Source: an uncultured Oligoflexales bacterium (GTDB taxonomy: Bacteria > Bdellovibrionota_B > Oligoflexia > Oligoflexales > Oligoflexaceae). From it: a stretch of DNA of 64,000 bases. Shown piece by piece: positions 10,048-19,404 of the stretch; the first letter of the stretch is position 1; every line of letters starts with the position of its first letter. The stretch covers positions 64,857-128,856 of the forward strand of contig CAYOJQ010000003.1 in the NCBI GenBank assembly GCA_964404325.1. Reading direction: 5' to 3'. The position numbers were made by a program, and so were the translations under genes. The notes under the pieces are model-generated. The model did no database searches, was not told the origin of the DNA, and was given only the letters and a program-made list of their open reading frames with translations.

Positions 10048-12099
10048 TTGCAGCCGAAAAGCTTCATAACTCTTTTTCTATCAGCCTTAGTTCTCACCGC
10101 TCTTTTAGGGGTGGGGCAGTTTTATGGCTTCAAAGCCGAAGAATTCATGGGCCAGAACACAGAAGCTCTTTCAAAGGGGTTTGTTCAGTTTTATCCCGGC
10201 GTCGCCTACGGTAGCGTGGCGAAAATGTTCGCGTTTGGCTTCGCCATTGTTCTCGTGATCATCAGTTGCTTCCGTGGCATTCACCTTGTTTACCGCAATC
10301 AGCCCCTCGCTCTCCGTCTGACCCTCGATGTTCTTGTAACATGGGCGGTGTGTGCGGTGGCGTGGTCGAGCGTGATCCAGTATCCAGCGCTTTTTTCGCC
10401 CGCGTTCCCCGCACGATGGATGGACGGTGTTTTTCGCGCCAGCTTTTGGCTGAAGCCGGAACATCTTCGTTGGGGCGGTTGGGTTGTGCTCGCTCTGATC
10501 GCAGGACCTGGTTTGGTGCAGGTGTTCCTCCACTTTCTCCGTCTGCCAAAAATTGTGGTCCTTCCCGTCTTGGCAACCGCTTTAGGCTCCCTCTTCTTGG
10601 TGGGCTTTGGTGGTGGCGCTGAAAACCACGAGAAACCTCATGTCTTAATGATTGGCATCGATTCGTTGCGCAATGATCGCTTCGAAATGGAAAAAGTGAT
10701 GCCCAATCTTGTCGCGCTCACCAAGGATGAGCAATCCGTCTATTTCCAAGATCATATTGTTGGCATTGCTCGCACGTTCCCGTCTTGGATTGAGATCCTC
10801 CAAGGAAAGTATTCCCCGCAAACGGGTGTGCGGCACATGTTTCCAGGTCTTGATCGCCGTGCGCAAGAGTTCACCGGATTAGGCACCGCCTTCCGCGACG
10901 CCGGTTATGAGACCGTGGCGGTATCGGATTTCGCGGGCGATATCTTTCCCCGCTTTGCGGCCGGTTTTAATGATGTACGCGCACCGAAGCTTTCCATCAC
11001 GAATATGATTCGCATGGGAGCTTACCAACGCTTCCCATTGTTCATGCTTTTCGCCGTGCAAAAACCATTTTGGCGCTGGTTTCCCGTCTTAAAAGAAAAC
11101 GCTTCGTTTTCGGATCCCCACCATCTGACGGCGGAAGTGAAAAAGGTTTTCGCGGATCACGATGACAAGCCGCTTTTCATGTTGAGCTTTTTCTCAACAG
11201 CACACTTTCCGTATGCGGCGCCGTATCCTTACTACAATAAGTTCGCGGACCCGCAGTATACGGGGCCTTTTAAGTTCCAAAAAAATCCTTCCATCGTCGA
11301 TGAAAGGAACCTCACGGAAGCTGACAAGAAGCAGATCAACGCTTTATACGACGGTGGTCTCCATGGCATTGATCATTCGCTCGGCGAGCTGTTCCAGTAC
11401 CTGAAAGACGAAGGCGTTTGGGACAATACGATGATTATCGTCACTGCGGATCATGGAGAAGATCTCTATGATTTTGATAACATCCAGGGACACGGCGATC
11501 ACCTCCGTGGTGAAAACGTTTTCCGCGTGCCGCTTTTGATTAAGCTGCCGAAAGGGAAAACACCGGCTCGTCAGGAAGTCCCTTTTGTCAGTCGTTCCAT
11601 TGACATTGCTCCCACCATCGCCGCCCTTGCGAGCCTTCAGCCAGTGGGGGAGGGGAAAGATTTTAGCTCCATCATCTTCGATAAAAATGCTGCGGATCCG
11701 CAGCTGGCGGCTTATTCCGAAACGGAAATTTGGTTCGCGCCAAAAGGCGACCTCTTCTTCCAAAAGAAACGCCTCCACTATCCAGGTATTTCTCAACTCC
11801 TGAACTTCGATCTGGGTGGCTCGGATGACATCGTTTTGAAGGATGAGTTTGAGGATCTGTTGGTAACGGCGCGCCACCGTAGTTTAATCGTGGGCGACTA
11901 CAAGCTCATATACATGCCCACACAAGAGGGTATTGAGTATCAACTCTTCAACCGTCGCAAGGATCCAAACAGCGCGCAGGATCTGACGGAAGACGAGCAG
12001 CGTCGCACCGACGAGATGGCAAAACGCCTTATTTCGACGATTAGCAAGCTGGAGACGCGTTATAAAATCGTCGATGGCTACGTCTTGCCGAAGTATTAA
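10048..12099 (+). CDS. Membrane-anchored sulfatase / alkaline-phosphatase-superfamily protein (LTA-synthase or phosphoethanolamine-transferase-like)
   Basis: It has multiple N-terminal TM helices. The catalytic domain begins HVLMIGIDSLRNDR and contains IIVTADHGE. I prefer the TTG at 10048, which is preceded by AAAGGAG, over the track start at 9949. Confidence 0.8.
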   Translation: MQPKSFITLFLSALVLTALLGVGQFYGFKAEEFMGQNTEALSKGFVQFYPGVAYGSVAKMFAFGFAIVLVIISCFRGIHLVYRNQPLALRLTLDVLVTWAVCAVAWSSVIQYPALFSPAFPARWMDGVFRASFWLKPEHLRWGGWVVLALIAGPGLVQVFLHFLRLPKIVVLPVLATALGSLFLVGFGGGAENHEKPHVLMIGIDSLRNDRFEMEKVMPNLVALTKDEQSVYFQDHIVGIARTFPSWIEILQGKYSPQTGVRHMFPGLDRRAQEFTGLGTAFRDAGYETVAVSDFAGDIFPRFAAGFNDVRAPKLSITNMIRMGAYQRFPLFMLFAVQKPFWRWFPVLKENASFSDPHHLTAEVKKVFADHDDKPLFMLSFFSTAHFPYAAPYPYYNKFADPQYTGPFKFQKNPSIVDERNLTEADKKQINALYDGGLHGIDHSLGELFQYLKDEGVWDNTMIIVTADHGEDLYDFDNIQGHGDHLRGENVFRVPLLIKLPKGKTPARQEVPFVSRSIDIAPTIAALASLQPVGEGKDFSSIIFDKNAADPQLAAYSETEIWFAPKGDLFFQKKRLHYPGISQLLNFDLGGSDDIVLKDEFEDLLVTARHRSLIVGDYKLIYMPTQEGIEYQLFNRRKDPNSAQDLTEDEQRRTDEMAKRLISTISKLETRYKIVDGYVLPKY

Positions 12100-12977
12100 G
12101 AAGAGGCGAGAACTTCCCCTCGTGCGTTGATAACGATGTAGGTCATCGCGGGTGTGTTATGGGCAATAGCCCAACATCCGCTATGATCGATTGCAATCCA
12201 GCCATAAGAGCGCTGCCGTTCCTCTGCTTCTCGCAAGCAGCGTTGATTAGCGACTTCCAATGTCATCCCATCACGGACACGCGTCTCGAGACGCGCCGCG
12301 AGCGCGTCTTCAACGATCTCTTCCCCCACACCTGTGGCACTCACGGCTGCCGACGCGGATGCATAGTTTCCCGCGATGGTTGCGGAATCACTCACGCGTC
12401 CAGGAATTTCCTGACCGCGTCCGCCCGTGCTTGTTCCCGCGGCGAGATCGTTTCCATCCCATACGACGCAGCCCACCGTATCGCATCCATCCTTCTTGTT
12501 CGTTGGTCGCGTCTCCAACCAACGTTGCAAGCGGGCTGGCGTGACAACGTCTGTCACGGGTAAAGATAATTCCCGCGCTAACATTTCGCATCCGGGTTGA
12601 GCGACAACGCGCGAAGAAGAATTCTGCAGATGCGCGGCGATGACGGATGGATTTTTTACATTCTGAACGTTGATGACGCCGGAGAAACGTTGTTTTTTTC
12701 CGTCCATCAGACTCGCTGTCAAACGGGCCTGTGCATCCGCCTGCAGCGCGGATCCCATTCCCGCGTTGAAGTGCGGTTCGTCCTCCATGCCGCGGAGTGC
12801 ATGAAGCACCACGTTCATGGAGCTCTCTCCGCGAGCCAGGAGTGCGGCGGCGGATTGTGCAATCGGTAACAGTTTTGCCGTCGCGACACGCATTCCTTCC
12901 GCACTGGGATCTTGAGGGCCCGCGCCCCCATGAACAATCAGCAAAGATCCCGTGTTAAATCCATGACGGCTCACCAT
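12096..12977 (-). CDS. iaaA: Isoaspartyl peptidase / L-asparaginase (Ntn hydrolase)
   Basis: LLIVHGGAG near the N-terminus and the autoprocessing site DTVGCVVWDGNDLAAGTSTGG. I prefer the ATG at 12977, preceded by GAGGGAG, over the track start at 13070. Confidence 0.85.
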   Translation of the reverse strand: MVSRHGFNTGSLLIVHGGAGPQDPSAEGMRVATAKLLPIAQSAAALLARGESSMNVVLHALRGMEDEPHFNAGMGSALQADAQARLTASLMDGKKQRFSGVINVQNVKNPSVIAAHLQNSSSRVVAQPGCEMLARELSLPVTDVVTPARLQRWLETRPTNKKDGCDTVGCVVWDGNDLAAGTSTGGRGQEIPGRVSDSATIAGNYASASAAVSATGVGEEIVEDALAARLETRVRDGMTLEVANQRCLREAEERQRSYGWIAIDHSGCWAIAHNTPAMTYIVINARGEVLASS

Positions 12978-13203
12978 GGCGAACTCCCTCTTTGAGGCTG
13001 CAGTGGATTCACTGACATTACTACCAAAGCCAGCCATGATGAAGACATCTTTACGCTGGAATTTCCGCATGAAATTTTCTCACTGCATGGCTAAAGAATT
13101 GCAGCGCGTACGAACGTAAAGAAAAATTACGTCTTATAAGGCAAAAACGTATTTCCTCTCGCCTTTTCTTTCTAAATAAAAGATGCCAAAATTTCTCTTT
13201 TGA

Positions 13204-13893
13204 ATGTTGGGGAGTAGGGTGGCTATGCGCATGCGAATGTTCTTGAGTGTGATCTTGTGCCAAAGCTTTTTCGGGAACCTGCTCTTCGCGCGGGGGATAC
13301 CGAGAGATTTCGATCCACAGCAGACCATTCAAATTGCCGGTACACATTTTGACTTGGAAAAATTAAGAGCCGTAATGGCGGATTGCACTCAAGAGATGCT
13401 TGATGATGTATTTGTGCAGGTAGTGCATGGTGCCTCTGGACTTTTCAACCGTAGTCGTATCCCGGAAAAATATCACGCGGGCGACAATCTTATGAGCTAC
13501 TACTCGTATGAAGTTTCCAACGAGACAGCCTGTGAGCTCATCAGTCTTAGCCCCATAGACTTCGCGCTATCCATAAATGTCTATACAAACGATTCATGCA
13601 CTGAGCCGAGACTCATTCATTCACAGATGCCACTCTACATGGGCGAGAAAGGTGAATTCGCCTATCCACCGATGTATCTCATGAATCTTGAAACGATGAA
13701 TTGCCGTCCTGATCCGGAATCAGACGAGGAAGGGGATCTCTGTGAGTACATCGTTAAAAACGTTTCCGTGGTGATTGGTAAAATTCACGGCAAAGCTGTG
13801 CCCCTATTGGATATGGATACAAACATCTCCAGTGGCTACACCCTCAATACCGTAAGATACGCTCAGTGCCTCATGGACGGCGCGCAGAAATAG
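13204..13893 (+). CDS. Hypothetical secreted Cys-containing protein
   Basis: A hydrophobic N-terminus (MRMFLSVILCQSFFGNLLFA) and 8 Cys residues. No family recognised and the start is uncertain. Confidence 0.45.
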   Translation: MLGSRVAMRMRMFLSVILCQSFFGNLLFARGIPRDFDPQQTIQIAGTHFDLEKLRAVMADCTQEMLDDVFVQVVHGASGLFNRSRIPEKYHAGDNLMSYYSYEVSNETACELISLSPIDFALSINVYTNDSCTEPRLIHSQMPLYMGEKGEFAYPPMYLMNLETMNCRPDPESDEEGDLCEYIVKNVSVVIGKIHGKAVPLLDMDTNISSGYTLNTVRYAQCLMDGAQK

Positions 13894-13966
13894 TTAACGT
13901 CCAAAACTGAAAAAGCATCCCAGACTGAGTCCGGGATGCAAAGTTGTTGAGGGGCTGTGCTTATAC

Positions 13967-14533
13967 TTATTTCTTTTTCGTGCCGTTTTGGCTCGAATTT
14001 TGGCTAGAGTTTTGGTTTTGGTTTTGGTTGCCAGAGCCGCCAGGGTTTTGACCTGGGTTTGATGGATAATCGCTATCGCTATCATCAGCGCCATCGTATC
14101 CACTGCCATTGCTGCCAGGATTCGTGCCGCCGTTATTGTTGCCGTTAGTACCTGTGTTGCCGGTGTTACCGTTATTTCCTGTTGAACCAGGATTCGTTCC
14201 ACCTGAGCTATTTCCAGGATTATTACCACCATTGTTGCCGGTATTGTTTCCGCCTGTGTTAGCAGGGTTATCACCGCCATTGGTGTTACCACCGGGGTTA
14301 CTTGTGCTTCCGCCGGGATTGTTTCCGTTGTTTCCAGAATTGCTTCCGTCGTTAGTGGCGGAACTATCGTCGCCAAAATCGCCGTGCTCGGGATCTACTT
14401 TTGAAGAAGAATCGTCTTCCGCGGAATTGTCGCGTGAACTGACTTTTGAACCGGCAGAGAATGTCACGGAATCACTGCAGGCAAATGTGAAGACTGAAAG
14501 AGAGGCCACGAAAAGAAGAGAGTTTGTTTTCAT
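13967..14533 (-). CDS. Lipoprotein consisting almost entirely of a G/N/T/S/P low-complexity region
   Basis: The ATG at 14533 gives MKTNSLLFVASLSVFTFAC (lipobox), followed by about 150 aa of GGN/GNN/NPG-type repeats ending in QNQNQNSSQNSSQNGTKKK. Confidence 0.6.
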   Translation of the reverse strand: MKTNSLLFVASLSVFTFACSDSVTFSAGSKVSSRDNSAEDDSSSKVDPEHGDFGDDSSATNDGSNSGNNGNNPGGSTSNPGGNTNGGDNPANTGGNNTGNNGGNNPGNSSGGTNPGSTGNNGNTGNTGTNGNNNGGTNPGSNGSGYDGADDSDSDYPSNPGQNPGGSGNQNQNQNSSQNSSQNGTKKK

Positions 14534-14686
14534 AACAGCATCCGCAGGAAGAAGGTCAACAACAGTAGGGAGAAGAACGGGGCGCTGAGTGAAGCGCTTG
14601 TTGGTTATATAAATCGGCTTCATTAAAATGTCAATAATATTTTAATGATTTTAAACTTTTTTATAAAAAACATTGAATTTAATGAC

Positions 14687-15448
14687 TTAGATATAGAAAA
14701 GTCGCGGTGATCCCACGACAGGATGAAGCCATTGCACCTGAATCCCGAGGCAGGAGCCTATGGCGTCCAAAGACAACTCTTTGGTGATTCCGTCCTCGGG
14801 ATTTATTATTTTCCCTTCTTTTAACAAGAGGATACGGTCTGCAAACTGGGATACCAGCGGGAGATCATGGCTGGACATAATCACGGCATGCCCGGCTTTG
14901 GCCCAGGCGCGAAGTCGTTCCATGACGCCGGCAGCGTGGGCTGGATCAAGGTTCGCGGTGGGTTCATCTAGTAAGAGTATTTCGGGGTGTCCCACCATGG
15001 CTCGCGCCAGGGCGAGGCGATGGCGAAAGCCGGCACTGAGTGTGTGCACCCATTCGTCGGCAACATCAGTAAGATTAAGTTCGTTCAAAATCTCATTAAC
15101 GGCGGCGACGTCCGTGGCGGTTGGTTGTCCTTGGTGCCAAGGGTAGCGTCCAAGAAGCACAACATCCCGCAGGCGCACGTGAAACGGATAAGCCTGTTCG
15201 TGCGGCAGCCAAGCCATGCGGCGGGCGCGTTCAATGCCCGACATGCTTTGTAAACTCGTTTCGTTGAGGAGCACGTCACCGCTTTTGTAACGCAACTGTC
15301 CCGCGAGCGCTTGCAGCAGAGTGGATTTGCCAGCGCCGTTGATACCGAGAACTACCGTTAACTGTCCGGCATGAATGGTGGCCGAACAATCATCGAGAAC
15401 AATTTTCTTCTCGCGTTCAATCACCAAATGTTTCGCCACAAGTTTCAT
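14687..15448 (-). CDS. btuD: ABC transporter ATPase of the FecE/BtuD/HmuV type
   Basis: Walker A GINGAGKST, signature LSAGFRHR, Walker B LLLDEP. It is the last gene of the riboswitch-controlled operon. The symbol is assigned by operon context. Confidence 0.8.
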   Translation of the reverse strand: MKLVAKHLVIEREKKIVLDDCSATIHAGQLTVVLGINGAGKSTLLQALAGQLRYKSGDVLLNETSLQSMSGIERARRMAWLPHEQAYPFHVRLRDVVLLGRYPWHQGQPTATDVAAVNEILNELNLTDVADEWVHTLSAGFRHRLALARAMVGHPEILLLDEPTANLDPAHAAGVMERLRAWAKAGHAVIMSSHDLPLVSQFADRILLLKEGKIINPEDGITKELSLDAIGSCLGIQVQWLHPVVGSPRLFYI

Positions 15449-16428
15449 AAGATTGCTCCACGCTTTTCTTGCTGCAACAACAGCACTAAGAAAAAGGGGG
15501 CGCCGAGCAGTGTGATAAGAACACCCACCTGTAATTCGCCGGGAGCGCGAAGAGTGCGAGCGGCCGTGTCCGCGAGAAGCAATAAACTCGCGCCATTGAG
15601 CAGCGCATAACGGAGCAGGCGCGGACTCGCGGCACCGATCCAGAGGCGCGTGATGTGCGGTACGATCAAGCCGACAAACGCGATCGCTCCCACCATGCTC
15701 ACCGCTGCGGCTTCCAATAACGCCACAGCAACCACAAGAACTCTTTTCAGCCGATGCAGATTCACGCCCATCGAAGACGCGACATCTTCACCCAATGTCA
15801 GCACATCGAGAGGACGCACCACCAAGCCCGCCAGAAGCAAACCAAGAGTTCCCGGCACGGCTCCCATCAATACATGATCCCAACTGCGTGCTGAAAGCCC
15901 ACCCAACAGCCAAAACTGGAGCGCCTGAAATTGCCATGGATCATCCATGGAGAGGTTGATGACCAGCGTGGTGAAAGCACCGAAGATGGCACTTAAAGAA
16001 AAACCAAATAACAACAACGTGCCGAGAGAGATAGCGGGGCGCAGCAAAAAAGCGAGCACCAGCGTGAGCGCGAAAAAAGCGCCACACAGCGCGGCGATCG
16101 GTAACACGTACCAAGCATGCGCGGCGGCGCCGAGAAAAAATGTGACGGCGGCGAAGCAGGACGCTCCGCTGGTCACGCCAAGAATATGTGGGCTCGCTAG
16201 AGGATTGCGAAAAAGTCCTTGTGTGAGAACGCCCGCGGCGCCAAGGAACGCGCCACTGAGTGCGGCGCACACAGCGCGCGGAAAACGCACCTGCCACAAA
16301 ATTTCTGTTTCCGGCGTCATACGCAGCGAAAGGAGATCACGCAGATGAACGGGAGTTTCGCCGATGAAGAGTGCGAGACACACGCTGATGATGAAGAGCA
16401 GCCAACAGCCAAAAATGGACTTACTCAT
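15445..16428 (-). CDS. btuC: FecCD-family ABC permease (BtuC/HmuU-like)
   Basis: About 9 TM helices with a typical FecCD core (FPRAVCAALSGAFLGAAGVLTQGLFRNPLASPHILGV). The true start is the ATG at 16428, which overlaps the upstream gene by 8 nt. The 428-aa track ORF is an artefactual 5' extension. Confidence 0.85.
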   Translation of the reverse strand: MSKSIFGCWLLFIISVCLALFIGETPVHLRDLLSLRMTPETEILWQVRFPRAVCAALSGAFLGAAGVLTQGLFRNPLASPHILGVTSGASCFAAVTFFLGAAAHAWYVLPIAALCGAFFALTLVLAFLLRPAISLGTLLLFGFSLSAIFGAFTTLVINLSMDDPWQFQALQFWLLGGLSARSWDHVLMGAVPGTLGLLLAGLVVRPLDVLTLGEDVASSMGVNLHRLKRVLVVAVALLEAAAVSMVGAIAFVGLIVPHITRLWIGAASPRLLRYALLNGASLLLLADTAARTLRAPGELQVGVLITLLGAPFFLVLLLQQEKRGAIL

Positions 16429-17287
16429 AAAGTGCCTTATGCAACATTTCCGCCGCTTCCACCGCGTGATGGGAAGTCGCGAGAAGCAGGCGACGTGGAA
16501 TGTCCACGACCGTCGGCTTCGCGTGGCGCCAAAGCTGACGCCATCCGGGTTGATCCATATCCTTTTCGTTGAAAGAAGACGTGGCCATCGCGTCCGGATG
16601 TAGCTGCGCGATCCGTTCCGGATTGACGGTTTGCCAACCGCGGATGCCCAGCTTATCGGCGACATTTTCCGCCTGAGCGGCGGTAACAATGGCGTGAAAC
16701 AAAGTTTCCTGGCCGAAAAGAAGGTATTCATGGGAAAAGTTCACGACACTTTTTCGTTTGCTGACTTTCGTCGTGGCAAGTTTCTGCAGCCGTTGTTTCA
16801 TATCTTGAATCACCGTCGCGGCGTTTTTTTCAGCGCAGACAAGTCGGCCCACTATTTCCGTTTGCGCCATGATCGTATCAAAGTCTTTAAAGTCCTTTAA
16901 AACAAAGACGGGTGTGCCTTTTTTCGTGAGAAGATGAATAAACTCCGGACGAATATAGTTCGCCGCGATCACCAAGTCGGGGTTGTGCCGCATCAGGCTT
17001 TCCGGTGATTCCGCGAACTGCAGATCTTTGTGTTGCGCAATGACAGCCGCGATGTTGCTGTAGGTCTTGTCTTTGGAAAATAAGGTCGCGACCTTCCAGC
17101 GATGCTTTTCAGCAGGCGGGAGAATGGCCCATAGAGTTTCATCAACGCCGAGCGCCAAGGATGCAATACGCTGTGGGCATTGAGATAGCCGCACCTTTAC
17201 GCCCCGTTCATCCGTCTCTTCGATGACAGCGCCTTCGAGGCGCGCGCCATAGAGGAGAAGTAAAAAAAAGATAGTCAATCTCTTCAC
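16421..17287 (-). CDS. btuF: Periplasmic substrate-binding protein, class III (BtuF/FhuD-like)
   Basis: It has a signal peptide, and its size and position between the TonB receptor and the FecCD permease fit. IASLALGVDETLWAIL and VIAANYIRPEF are typical PBP type 2 segments. Confidence 0.75.
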   Translation of the reverse strand: MKRLTIFFLLLLYGARLEGAVIEETDERGVKVRLSQCPQRIASLALGVDETLWAILPPAEKHRWKVATLFSKDKTYSNIAAVIAQHKDLQFAESPESLMRHNPDLVIAANYIRPEFIHLLTKKGTPVFVLKDFKDFDTIMAQTEIVGRLVCAEKNAATVIQDMKQRLQKLATTKVSKRKSVVNFSHEYLLFGQETLFHAIVTAAQAENVADKLGIRGWQTVNPERIAQLHPDAMATSSFNEKDMDQPGWRQLWRHAKPTVVDIPRRLLLATSHHAVEAAEMLHKALYE

Positions 17288-19170
17288 AAGACGAAGCTCC
17301 CTCCAAAATAGACCGAGCGTGGCAGTGTGCTGTAACCGGCGATCTCTTCATACTCGCGGTTGGTGAGATTTTCTATGCGAGAGAACACACTCCAGTGATC
17401 ATCCACTGCCGCTGACGCCCCTAAACCGACAACGCTGTACGCTTTCAACCAGCGTCCCGCATCAAAGCGACGCCCAACCGTTCGGCCGTCTAGTTGTAGC
17501 GAATAAAAGGAATTGTCGTAAGCCAAGCGCGCGGTAAAACGGTCCTTGGCGCGACGAGCGAGCGTTTTTTTAGTCTGTGTGTCGCGTGCGGTGAGATGCG
17601 TGTAGGTCGCTCCGAATTTGAAAGGCCGCCACCGCGCTTCGAGCGCGCTCTCAGTACCGAAAGACTCGGCTGCGGCAATGTTTTCGAATCGTGTGGCGCC
17701 AAAGTCGATCAAGTCAACAAAACGATTATGAAAGTAGGTCAGAGAAGCTTTGAGGACTGATCCCAGTTCCTGTTCAATTCCCACATCCCAACCACGGCTT
17801 CGTTCCGCTTTCAGATTGGGATCACCAAAATTGCTGTAACGCTGATAGAGGCTGGGAGCGCTAAAGCCCGTGCCGCTACTCGCGGAGATGCTTGTGGCGG
17901 ATGGGAGCGTGTAACGCGTAAAGCCGCGGTATGTCGCAACGGGGGCATGATCTTTCAATTGATCCTGTCGCACACCTGTCGTGAAGACCCAAGCATCGGT
18001 GATCCGCCATTCCTGTTGAAGAAATAGGCCGGCACCGTGGTCGTGAAGGCGCGCGTAGTTATCTTCATAAGATCCGAATGAGGAAACGGACACCGCTTTG
18101 GCGCTGGCACGATCGTTCCGGCCATCAAGTCCCAAGGTAAGGGCCCAGCGGGGATGCGCCTGCCAGCTGGTCTGCGCCTCCCACTTATCTCTTGTTCCTT
18201 CGTAGCGCGCCTGCAAGCTGTCGGTCGGATGATTACCATCGGTTTCATCGTTGAGGTACAGGCGCGACCAGTTGCGTGCGACGAGAACACGCGATCGCCA
18301 TTGTTCGTTCCAGCTATTTTCATAGACTGCTGAAGTGAGATCATCGCGGGTCGCCGTTTTATAATTTTCATCGTCCCACACCGCGCCAAAGGATTGATCA
18401 AGGTCCGTGTAGGATTGTGCGTGCCGGTGCGTGATACCGATGTGTTCGCCGTTTTTTTCGTAACCAAAACGAGCCACGGCCTCATAAGCGTGCCGTCCAT
18501 CCTTTTCGAGCTCACGATTCTTGTCAAAGTTCGTGGTGCTTGGACCTTCGCTTCTTGTGTGGCTGCCGCCCACGGATGCGTAGAATCCGCTTTCGGTTTT
18601 TGTGCCAACATGAAGCTTTTCGCTCATGGTGTTATACGCGCCACCGCTGACGGAAGCTGAAAGCTCAAGAGGTTTTTGTGGCCTTCGCGTGACGATGTTG
18701 ATCACGCCCCCGATCGCGCTGCTGCCGTAGAGAACGGATTGTGGACCGCGCAATACCTCGATGCGCTCCACTTCGGCGGTTCCCAGAGAAGAGATGTCGT
18801 AGCCGCGATTGAGCAGGGCGGGGTTACTTATCTCCACACCGTCGATCAAAACGAGAGTGTGTTCGGACTTTGCCCCGCGAAGAAACACGCTGGCGGAGCC
18901 GTGGCCGGGGCCCGCTTGAGCGGTCTCCACGCCTTGCACCGCATCGAGCGCGTCCTTGACCTGGGATATGTGCGCGCGTTCAAGATCGGCTCGTGGAATA
19001 ACCGATTTTCCCGTGTCGCCCCGTTGGTCGATGATCGTCTGGCGCGACGCCGCGATAATCACCTCTTCGATGGGTTTTGTGTTTTCTTCTGGTGTCGCGT
19101 GCAAGCGATTCGTCCAAAAAGACGCAATCGCTAGCATCCAATAGATGCCTTGGTATGGGTACTTCCGCAC
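17284..19170 (-). CDS. btuB: TonB-dependent outer-membrane receptor, cobalamin-type by context
   Basis: It has a signal peptide, a TonB-box-like EEVIIAASR, plug-domain motifs (VEVLRGPQSVLYGSSAIGGVINIVT) and a beta-barrel C-terminus. A cobalamin riboswitch lies in its leader. Confidence 0.85.
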   Translation of the reverse strand: MRKYPYQGIYWMLAIASFWTNRLHATPEENTKPIEEVIIAASRQTIIDQRGDTGKSVIPRADLERAHISQVKDALDAVQGVETAQAGPGHGSASVFLRGAKSEHTLVLIDGVEISNPALLNRGYDISSLGTAEVERIEVLRGPQSVLYGSSAIGGVINIVTRRPQKPLELSASVSGGAYNTMSEKLHVGTKTESGFYASVGGSHTRSEGPSTTNFDKNRELEKDGRHAYEAVARFGYEKNGEHIGITHRHAQSYTDLDQSFGAVWDDENYKTATRDDLTSAVYENSWNEQWRSRVLVARNWSRLYLNDETDGNHPTDSLQARYEGTRDKWEAQTSWQAHPRWALTLGLDGRNDRASAKAVSVSSFGSYEDNYARLHDHGAGLFLQQEWRITDAWVFTTGVRQDQLKDHAPVATYRGFTRYTLPSATSISASSGTGFSAPSLYQRYSNFGDPNLKAERSRGWDVGIEQELGSVLKASLTYFHNRFVDLIDFGATRFENIAAAESFGTESALEARWRPFKFGATYTHLTARDTQTKKTLARRAKDRFTARLAYDNSFYSLQLDGRTVGRRFDAGRWLKAYSVVGLGASAAVDDHWSVFSRIENLTNREYEEIAGYSTLPRSVYFGGSFVL

Positions 19171-19194
19171 TGCCTCCCCCTCGTTGGCTAAGTG

Positions 19195-19325
19195 AATATG
19201 GATCTGGCAAGTATCGGACTATTCGACCTGAGAGGATTCTCATGGGCGATTTCACCGTTGCGGGGCAGTCCCGGAGTTTCACCGGATTCCTTGAACCATT
19301 GGAAGTATGATGACAAAGGAGTGGT
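19195..19325 (-). promoter_or_regulatory. Cobalamin (B12) riboswitch in the btuB leader
   Basis: The minus strand reads ...AATGGTTCAAGGAATCCGGTGAAACTCCGGGACTGCCCCGCAACGGTGAAATCGCC...AGTCCGATACTTGCCAGATC... The GGAA-CCGGTGAAA-CCGG-GCTGCCCCGCAAC-GT-AA core and a B12-box-like AGTCCGATACTTGCC match the cobalamin riboswitch consensus as I recall it. Confidence 0.8.
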
Positions 19326-19404
19326 AAAGAAGCAATCGAGTTTGTTGACAGAGGTAACCCGCTATTATATCGATCATAGACAAAGAAATTGCAGTTACTA
19401 AGGA

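Noticed and set aside
16429-16731. The 5' extension of the FecCD permease ORF (track 15445..16731, 428 aa).
   Set aside because: The extension overlaps the binding-protein gene in another frame and reads as non-membrane, R/S/W-rich sequence. The ATG at 16428 gives a normal 327-aa permease.
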